Position numbers and translations under genes: made by a program
Shown: positions 10,775 to 20,522 of the stretch, in pieces
Numbering within the stretch: position 1 is the stretch's first letter
Layout: every line of letters starts with the position of its first letter
NCBI GenBank assembly: GCA_047495785.1
Contig: JBLDXI010000020.1
Coordinates: 682,001 to 746,000 of the forward strand
Length of the DNA stretch: 64,000 nucleotides
Reading direction: 5' to 3'
From: Lepidodermella squamata
Taxonomy: Eukaryota > Animalia > Gastrotricha
The notes under the pieces: generated by a model
Seen by the model: the letters and a program-made list of their open reading frames with translations, nothing else
What the model was told of the DNA's origin: nothing
Database searches by the model: none

Positions 10775-13554
10775 TTAGAAAATCAGTGGGATTTTTCTAG
10801 CCTCAGGTGTTATCATAGCAGTGCCAGCTTTGCATTGAAATGCTTTTCCGAATTCCTCCATGAGCGCAACAGCGCCATTAACACTTGGGGAAAGGACATT
10901 GTACGAGTTGGAAAACAAAATGCAGTGAACTTACTGGATGAACTCAGGCATAACTCCACCGAAAATAGTACGCCATGCATAAGAGTAACTAGTGTAATCT
11001 GCGCAATGGCTCTAAAAGTTGAATAACAAGCAATAAAAATCCGCAGAATAGTTTTGAACTAACCGATGCATAGGAGTAGAAAAACATTTGCTCCGAATTT
11101 CCATGAGCGATCGTGGGTAGCGCCTTTTCGGTTATCCTTTTCTCAGCCAAGTACCGCTTGTAAGCCTAATAACCGAAATAAAAAACCATGAAGACCGATG
11201 GGACTAAAAACCCACCGTGTAAGCTTGTCTCAAGCCTCCGGTTTCAGCTATCGCGAAAGTTGAATACGTCGTCACATTCACATGTGGTTTCTTTGTTCGA
11301 CAAAGTTAGGAAAACTTGAAAAGCCGCAAATATGACCTACCAATTCGGCTGGCACAATCGTGTCATAAAAGTCGATTACACTTTGTTTGAGGGGGTTATA
11401 ATTGTCCCAAGTTTTCTGCGTCCACCAGCGAGTTTTCGCGTAGTTGGCGTCGTATAGTTGGCCTAAAATATTTCATATTAAAAACTATTTCGAAGAACCC
11501 TTCTCTTCATACCATCTTCGTCTATTGCTTTGAGCAGAGTCGAAGCTATCCACGAGCCAAGACCGCCGAAATTCAAATAAGCCGGGTAGTTCGGTGAGAC
11601 TAGCGGCTCTTGTAGAATCCCAGCCGGTATCAACACTTCATTCCACCTCGCGTAGTAGTCGATATGCACTTCATATAACTCGGTCCTCCAATGGTCGTAA
11701 GGGTTCGAGCCTTTCGTAAGCTGCCGAATTTCCTGTTGGCGCAAAATTTCTGTGAGTGCCTTGACGTTTGCAAAGTGATCAGTTGACGTAATTGAAACGG
11801 CGCCGTAGATCGCTGTCATTTCATTCGCAATCGCGTCGTCATTGATCCACGATGCTGGTTTCCCGATTTTGAACTGTACCTTGGCCAGCTTGGCAAGTGC
11901 TGCCGTTCTTGTATCATCGTCCATCCATTTCAATTTTGCTAATTCATCAGTGAGGGATTTCCTCACCATTTGGCTGACCTCTTGAACTGGCTTTTCCTCA
12001 TCGCGGCGGTAGAATTTCGCGACGTACAGGGCGCTGAGCGTTTTCGGCATCGCGTAGTCAACATACGACATACACAACTGCCAATCATCCGGGAACTCGT
12101 TGGCTTGGTGGAAAATTGCGAGATACGTTTGATATAGATGATTGTACTCGTAGTTCAAGTCCGGCATCCAATAGAAAGCGATACGGAACGCGAAAAAATT
12201 GTTCATTTTACGTCTGAAATAAGGATCACTCGTGCTAAACGAGCGCAAAATCTGCGAAACTGCCGACGAGTAGGAGTACGAAGCCCGGCGCAAGAAGAAA
12301 TGCTCTACTATCGGGGTGTCTCGGTTCAAGCGAAACTTATTGTCAGTGTAAACTCCGATCAGATTTTCCCAATCGACAAAGCTGTTTCCAGGTTGATCGC
12401 GGAACGCGCTGTAATTGAACACCTTGTGACTATTGCTCACATAGTTGCCGTAAACCTGACTGAGCTGTTGAAGATGAAATGAACTAGTTATTCATGGGAT
12501 TTTTGGGGCAATTTTATAAAAATACCATAACAGGCGTTCGAAACCTGGCTGTAACATTTATTACGTCATCTGCAAACTGATTGATTCGAGCTTGAACAGC
12601 CCGATCTGTCGTATTGGTCCCGTTATCCCGGGCCAAAAAAGTTCCCAGGGTTTGCAGGAAGGTTCGGAACGTCCTAGTTTTCTTGGTATCCAGTCCAAAC
12701 ATGTTTTGCCAGTGGAAAATCGGACTGCTATCATGAGAAATTTCCAGCAAATTTTTTGTTACATCATTAGCCCGTGGCACGGGTTCAAGGCGGAAGAACA
12801 CAAAATTTTGGTCAAGAGACGTGGCTCGCATTGCAGCCTGCCAGTCGAAATCGCTGACACGAGATGGGTCCGATACATACCAGGCTGTACCGAGTTGCTT
12901 CTGTAGCCTGGATATGAGCGGGTTTGGATTATTGCGAGTGTCGTAGCTCATCGCGCGTTGGTATTGATTGATGCAAGCCTGATAGAAATTGTTCACCATG
13001 CGAGCTACTTCGTACATGTGACCCCACTGGGTTCGAAGCGGCGGTGAAGCGATGATGTCTTGCAAGCGTTCTCGATTCCGATCATACATCGTCGTCAAGA
13101 CTTGAAAAGTTTTCAATTGTCATTTTTATAAAAATTGACAAATTTCCCGAAAAGTTACCTGAGGTTTCCGATTCGTAAGCTTTGAACGGATGCTGCCAGG
13201 CGAAATTTCCACAGGCTCTGTCGTAGAAATTTTCGCATGGGTCTATAGACTCGTCCATGTTACCCATCAACCACGCAGCAGCTTCCATGCATTCCGCGCT
13301 TACGCACCTGCCTTTGATTCTAGCCGCATTATTAGGCACTAAATTATTGAATATAAGCGATTATATTTGAAGTGTTAATTATATAAGGGACATGTACCGA
13401 CGTAATTGGCGAAATATTCCGAGTGCAAGACCCCAAAAATGATCACAAATGGTACCAGTAGGGCACTGAAAAATGTCTTTATTGTCAATACGTTTTTCGA
13501 AGCTCTTTCCTCATACCTGGCTATCACGGCGATACATTCGGATCTGCTCAGCAT
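10775..13554 (-). CDS. Neprilysin/M13-like type II membrane protein A (subtype 1), predicted catalytically inactive
   Basis: Short N-terminal tail and TM segment, then C.S.EC...DPCENFYDRACG, WMDDDTR.AA..K, N...PAGILQ, LNFGGLG and the C-terminal F.C motif. HExxH is replaced by STLLK (11529-11543) and ENIAD by FAIAE. The exons join without stops. Confidence 0.85.
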
Positions 13555-13863
13555 TTTCGGCAAATTATGAGCGGAAAACTTATTTTTATTCGACGAGTTC
13601 AAAGATGAAAACTCGGTTATACTGTTATACCAAAATGTTGCGTCGGGCTCTCGATTTCCTAAATTTATTCAGAATTTTTAGATATTTCACGCGCCGGACC
13701 TGCACAGTTTCATGCGGGTGGGATGCAGGTTGTCATGCTTGAATTACAGTTACAGCAAAAACATATCCTAACCTAAATTTGAGCGTGTTAATGGTCGAGA
13801 TTTCGCTCTTCAACCGTGAGAGGTGCTCAGTACAACTTTCAACCCTAACCTGCAGATCGGCTA

Positions 13864-16800
13864 ATGGACTCTGCAACGGCAACTATAAGTGCCACAGGCG
13901 ATGCTGTTCGCATTCATATCGCTAACCCGGTAAGAAAAAAGCTTTGGCTAAAAATAAGGCAACTGATTTTTTATTATGCCCTAATTATGGACATTTTTAA
14001 AAAGATCCAACAATTAGAACATTTTTCAACTTTTATCAGGATGCGCCAACAGTGGACACTAGCAGTGGGAGTCCGGTTCCAGGCGCTGAACCGCAAATAC
14101 TATCGCCGCCGCAAATCGACATTTTCCCCCTCGCATCGGGCCTGTCCAGATTCGGTGTCCTTTTCAGGCGAGAAGTCATCTCGCCAATTCAGCGTTTTTT
14201 CAGCAACGCGTCTGAAATTAAGATCGAGCCACCATCGTTACCACACTCGCACAGCAGTTTTTCTGTGCGAGAATATGGCCTGATCATTCTAGCATTCGCG
14301 CTTGGAATAACGGCTGTCGCTCTCATAATTTCAGTTGGCGTCGATCACTCGCACGTTTTCGCCAACATTATTTCACCGCCAGTTGTTGGAAATGACGTTT
14401 GCGTCGACTATAATTGCTACAAATCGTCAGCGTTGATGCAAAAGCGGATGAACACGTCGATTTCGCCGTGTCACAATTTCTATCAATACGCATGCGGCGG
14501 CTGGATTTCATCGCAACTGCTGTCCGACGACCGACAAGAGCTGACAATCATCAGTCAAATGATGCGAGACAACGTGCATAGGTTGAAAGACGTGATTCTA
14601 GAAGAGCTCGACGATTATCGCGACGTTTCATGGGCCTACGAGAAAAAGGTTCAGAGTTACTACAAAACTTGTATCGACGCGTATACATCAACAATTGTCT
14701 CCATTTTGGCCAACCCACTTCTCGACGAAATTCGAAAAATGGGTGGCTGGTATGTCTTGGGTTCATACAGCTCGTTCAATCGAACCCAGGCCCACGCTAA
14801 TGTTCTTGGCCACGATAATCTAGTTGATGTTTTCTTCTATTACGATATCGAACCTCTGGATCAACAGCATCTATACCATTTCATCACAGTTCGTTCACTG
14901 AAAGGAACCATTTCAGAAAATTAATTTTGTTTTATACAGATTGAAGAAGATTGGATGTTGCCACTGCCGTATCTTCGATGGTCGAGAAGTGAGGTATATA
15001 GGATTCATTTTTAATTTTTTAACCGACAGCTCATTCTCGAATAACTTAGATGGTAAATGCTTACCGGGAATTCGTGCGAAAAGTTGGCGATCTTATTGCG
15101 AGGGATGCCTCTGTCAGAGATGATCAATTGAGCTTCCGTCTTGATACCTTTGTTGATGACGTCACTGCCGTAGAGCGAGCTCTGGCGAAAATTCAACGCG
15201 TATGCAAGTTGTCTTCAAAGCATTTTTCAATATTTTCCTTCTTTTAGGACAACGAAAAAGAGATCTCGAATCCCAAGTCGACTGTCCGTTCTATCGCACA
15301 GATGCAACAAATGTACCCAGGGGTACTCAGTAAAGCATAAAATTGAACTAATTTTAACAATTTCCGTGTATTAATAGTTCCGCTGGCTGTACTATTTCCG
15401 AGCCTGTCTAGCCGAGGCGGACAGTTCGGCGCTCAACTCCCGGACAAGTGTGATAGTCAAGACCCCTAAAATTCTCAAAGCTGTCTCGGACCTTGTTGGC
15501 GGCACGACGTTTACCCGCCGCCAGTTGAACAACTACCTTGTCTGGCGGTTGGTTTACGCCAGGCTGCCCGAAATGCCCTATCGTTACAACCACCTTTGGC
15601 TGGACTGGTCGGAGCGAGTTCGAGGACGCACGCTGAAATACCAACCGATTTGGTCGGTTTGCTTCCAACGCGTCATCAACTACATGTCAGATGCAGTGGG
15701 CGGGTTATTCGCTCGTAATCATTTCACCCACTATGATAAGGCGGAACTTCACCAAATGGTCGAAAATACGCGAACCTCTGTTATAAACGAAGTTCAGAAA
15801 CTACCTTGGATGTAAGTGTTTGAGCTACCCTAAGAGCATTAGTAACTCAATCTAACAGGGATGACTCGACCCGATCGAATGCTACTGAGAAACTGTACCA
15901 CGTTATCGAAAAAATCGGATTCCCTGATCACATGGATACCGAGTTGAACATGCAAAATGCCTTGGATTATCTTTATATGAACGTAATACATCTGATCATC
16001 TATGTAAACTTCGCATAGCTTTTATTCAACATTTCCAGGTTGAGATGACCGATTTCGATCATTTCCAAAATTCGCAAAATTTGCGACAGCATTGGCGCAA
16101 ACAAATGGTCCAAATTTTCAACGACGGACGTGACTGGTACAGCGACTGGAGAGAAACGCCAATCTATTCAACCAAGGCGACTTACTTCTATCCGTGGAAT
16201 GAAATGATAGTTCCAGCTGGTTTACTCCAGTTTCCCATTTATTCCGCCATAAATCCAACAATGTACCGCGTTCAAACCTATGGCTCAGTTGCAGTTCGAC
16301 TCGCGAAAGCTTACATTTTTGCGATTGATGAGCGCGGTTCTTGGTTCAGCAAGTTCGGGGACTACCCCGATGACTGGTGGTCAAACCACACCTACTACCG
16401 TTATTTGCCCCTTAAAAAATGCCTCAGCGATTTCTATTCCAAGGTAGAGACGAAGCCTGTAGCTATCGATGGTGAACCGCAGCCGGTAAGCGTAAATTTT
16501 GGGTTGTATTTCCTACGTAAAAAAATGTACATTATAAAAGCAAAAGCTTGACGATGCAGATATTTACACCATGCAAGCAATCGTCGATATTGGGGCACTT
16601 AGGAATGCATTCGTTGCGTACAAAAGTCCAGATGTTCAAAACGATCCAACGACGCAGAAGGAGACAATGATTCCCGGAGTTCCAGCTTCTTCAAGAGATG
16701 AATACTTCTTCCTGTCCTATGCCCAGGTTAGAATTAATCTAATCTTATTATTTTTGGTTTCGAAATATTCTAAATGTTTCATAGACAATGTGTGCAGCTC

Positions 16801-16964
16801 GAACTGACAAGAAAACAGCCTTGAACATGGCGATAATGCATTGGCTACCAGAAGAGCAAGCGATAAACAGCGCATTGGCTCAACTGAAAGAATTCAGCGA
16901 CGTTTTCAAATGCCCAGTTGGAACGCCGATGAATCCGAGAGACCGATGCGAAATGATTTTCTAA
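13864..16964 (+). CDS. Neprilysin/M13-like type II membrane protein B (subtype 2), predicted catalytically inactive
   Basis: Exon 1 is 13864-13929. TM segment YGLIILAFALGITAVALIISVGV, then CVDYNC...SPCHNFYQYACGGW, NNYLVWR, WNEMIVPAGLLQ, FFLSYAQ and FSDVFKCPVGTPMNPRDRCEMIF*. HExxH is replaced by KAYIF (16306-16320). Confidence 0.87.
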
Positions 16965-17198
16965 ACTTTTTACTGGTTCCCTTCCTAAATGACCCCGTGT
17001 AATATCGTCTGGCCCATATTTAGTTTTTAGTGGAATAAAAAATTTATTTCCATAAGCCGATTTTGAACTCAACAACCCCTATATAGGTTAGCTTCCATGA
17101 TGCTGCTCTTGATTTTTTTTTTCTTTAAGCTTCGAATCACAACAGAGCTATGAACAGTTATTAACGTTAACGAGGATGGTTTTTTGAGGCGCATTTTC

Positions 17199-19973
17199 TC
17201 AGAAGATTACAGCCAGTTGCTCGGGCGGGGGTACCATTCGCTGTTTTGCTTCGCACGCGAAAACCTTGGCGAAATTACTGTACTGAGCAACACCGCCATC
17301 AACGCTACGTACAGATACAAAAAAATCAAGTCGAGAAGCACTTAGAGTTCAAGAAACTTACTGCATGAAAGTTGGCATGAATCCAAGAAGTCTGACGTTG
17401 TTAATGGCAGATTCGCTGGTCCAAGAATCACAATGGCCCTGTAAAGCATGAGACTCAGTTTTCAATATTGGCTAATCAAGTGACAAGCAAACTTACACCA
17501 GCGTATGCGTAGTAGAAGTTCTTTTCGATGTTTCCGTGTGACAACAGTGGAAGCTCCTCCACCTCGGAAAGCACAACTGAGAAAAATTAAATGAAATAAA
17601 TTGGTTTGACACGGATAAATCTCACCATCATCGTCCTTGTCAGCTTGTCGTTCCATATGTTTCTGGTAAGCAGCATGAGCAATGTGAATTCCTCCAGTTT
17701 CTCGAATACCATACGGAACGTAAGAATCCACATTGATGCGTTGTTGCTGGTTTAATCAAACAAAATAATTTTAATTCGATTAACAGAGAATAGTTGCTTA
17801 CGATGACATAGGGAGTAGTAGTGTTGTAGTAGATGGTAACGGCTACTTTGAGCTTTTCGTAACTTTCCATCGTGGCTTTGGACCACAGCGGATTTTTATT
17901 GTCGTGATTTTCGTCCATAAGTTGACCCATCTCATCAATAGCTTGGATCATGGCACTTGCGATCCAACTACCAAAAGCGCCGTAGTTCATATAGGCCGGG
18001 TAACGTGGGTGGAAGATGGGTTCTTGCAAAATGCCAGCTGGGATGAGGATTTCGTTCCACAGGGCGTAGTACTCGATATGGGTATCATACATTTCAACGC
18101 GCCAATCGTCGATAGGATTGAATGCATCGGGGCCGTCCTTCAATTTGCGCAGATCTTCGTTGATCCTGACTTGGATCAATTGGTTGACGTTGCCAAGATG
18201 GTCGTCCACCTTCAGGTTGATCTTATAATTGGCAATTTTTTGACATCTCTCATCTTAATTTCAAAATAGAAACTTACGCCTTTGTAGTGGCGTTCCATCT
18301 CCTTAGCGATTTCTTCGTCTGAGGTCCAGGTTGAAGGCTTGCCGATCTTGAACTGAATAGCCAACAATTTGCGCTTGACGTTATCCTTTGTCTTCTGATC
18401 CATCCATGTGTAGGTATCAACCGCTTCGAGCATTGAAGCGTTCAAGTTATGTTGGATGCGACGAATAGCACGTTCACTCTCGTCCTGGAAGTACTCTGAT
18501 ACGTAGAGAGCAGACAGTGCCTTCGGCATGTCGACATTCATGAGCTCAAGGCATCGCTCCCAATCTGGCGGGAATTCAACTTGCTTAAAGGCGAGGCTGT
18601 AGTACTCGCGGTAAAGGTGATTGTACTCGTAGCTCAAATGCTGGAATAAATTCATCATTATTTTATATTATTTTGTATTTATACAATTTTACCGGCATCC
18701 AGTAGAAGGCGATGCGGAAAGCGAAGTAATTGTTCATTGAACGCTTGAAATCGAATTCATTCGATTTCTTTGCTCTCATAAGAGCAGCCAGGGCTTCCTT
18801 TGTGTACATGATGGGCGAGTTGACGTGCTCAACAACCATTTGATTGCCAGTCAGGGTCAGGCCAGAGTAGGCTTTCACGAAGGCGTCCAAGTCCATGCCC
18901 GTGCCAACCGCGGCTTTGTAAGAAGTCCATTCGTAGGTTTTACGGTTGTTTTCATTTGTACGATAAATTTCAGCGACGTGAACAGCTGGCTCCAAAATGC
19001 TGTTGATGTAAACAACATCTTCGACGAATTGGTTCAGTTTCGACACGTAGTTCTTCTCGTCGAGGCCGTGGTCACGAACCAGCAGCTTGCCAATGTCCTT
19101 GACAACAGTTCTGAAAGCAAAGTAAGAGTCCCAGCCTTCGTGATTCTGAGCCCACTGGAACGACGGCGATTCGTCGTGCAAGAATTCGATCAAGTGCTTG
19201 CTTTTCTCGCCTGGTGCCAAGGTTGGTTGCATTTTGAAGATGACGAAATTTTGATCTTTCGCAGTCAATTGAAGCGACAGCTCCCAGTCGTAGTTGTTGA
19301 CGTTGGTGTTGGCATCAACGACCCACCATCCCTGACCGAGTTGCAGCTTAATCTTGTCGATCAACGGGTTTTTACCCGGTTCATACTGATACGCCCTTTG
19401 GTATTGATCGATGCAAGCGGTGTAGTAGTAATTCGCTCGTTTCGCCGTGTTGTCCAGCGCGCCCCATTGGCCGGCTTTGAACGGCGTTTGAACAATGCTG
19501 TGCAGCCGCATTCTGTTGACTTCCTTCATCTGCGAAAGTACGTTAGCCTCGCGGGATGACGTCGACGAGACTGGGAAGCGTTGCGAATAATTGAAGCACG
19601 CATGATCGTAGAAATGCTCGCAGGCGTCGATTTTGTCGTTGATGTTGCCACCGAGCCATATCGCTGCGTCGAGACATTCCGGCGTTATGCAACGGTTCGC
19701 AGCCTCGGTAGCCGCACCTTTCATTAAATTCGTGTAAAATATAACATTTTTTCATCAATTTTTTTCTTACTGAGATCGGCAGATAAATCATTGTGATACA
19801 CGGCCAAACCAGCGATAGCTCCGGTAAAAACGATGCTGAAAATACGAAAAATGATGATACTTGAGTAAAGCCCGAAATTGTAATATTAACCCGAAAATCA
19901 CAGAGATCCACTCTCGAGATGTCAAAAATCCGCTGACCTTCTGCACGGAAATCGTTACGTCAAGAGAAGACAT
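17199..19973 (-). CDS. Neprilysin/M13-like type II membrane protein C (subtype 1, paralogue of A), predicted catalytically inactive
   Basis: Shares MNN(Y/F)FAFRIAFYWMP, MPK.LSALYV and WNE.LIPAGILQEP with gene A, plus the N-terminal intron phases. HExxH is replaced by SAMIQ (17943-17957). Confidence 0.87.
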
Positions 19974-20522
19974 TATTCGAGCTTAACGCCTAAACGCCAA
20001 TAAGGAAGTGATACTGTCTAATTTTTTAGTTGATAATTGGGTATAGGAAGGGTTCAAAGTTGTCGGTGGAATTTGTCGGTTTAATTTCAGCGAAGTAGAC
20101 CCGCCCCTTTATCTTCCCGTTTGGCTCTGCCGTTTTGTTGGCTTAGATGTAGGCGAGCGGCGTTCTGTTTTATCACATTCAACTTACACGTGAATTGCGC
20201 GTTTTTTTTCGAACAAAGATAACGAAGAACGCAACGGCGAAACGAAAAATAACCTGCTGCGTGTTAGATAAAAGGGCGGCCCAGTAAAATTTGACGCGTT
20301 AGCTCAACTTTATCTCCGCTAATTGCAGCTTGGACTTTGTACAACTGTCTTCTCGCTAATATAGCCAAAATTGATAAAGCAACGCAAAACTGCGACAGTA
20401 TTTGCTCTCTGTTCCTCGAAAAAATTCTTCCGGCCGCGCCACATTGGTTCATCCCAGTTTGAACTGACAAAAATATATCAAGTCGATCTTATACTTTTAG
20501 GTGGCATAAAGGCTTTTGAAAA
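19974..20522. promoter_or_regulatory. Putative bidirectional promoter of M13-like genes C and D with clustered GATA sites and GC boxes
   Basis: Seven WGATAA sites (either strand) at 20031, 20109, 20170, 20217, 20266, 20310 and 20372. Inverted composite motif CCGCCCCTTTATCT (20101-20114) / AGATAAAAGGGCGG (20266-20279). Confidence 0.6.

Noticed and set aside
18825-19559. Long antisense ORFs (also 335-889, 27374-27955, 42316-42816)
   Set aside because: Shadows of real genes on the opposite strand, expected with biased codon usage.
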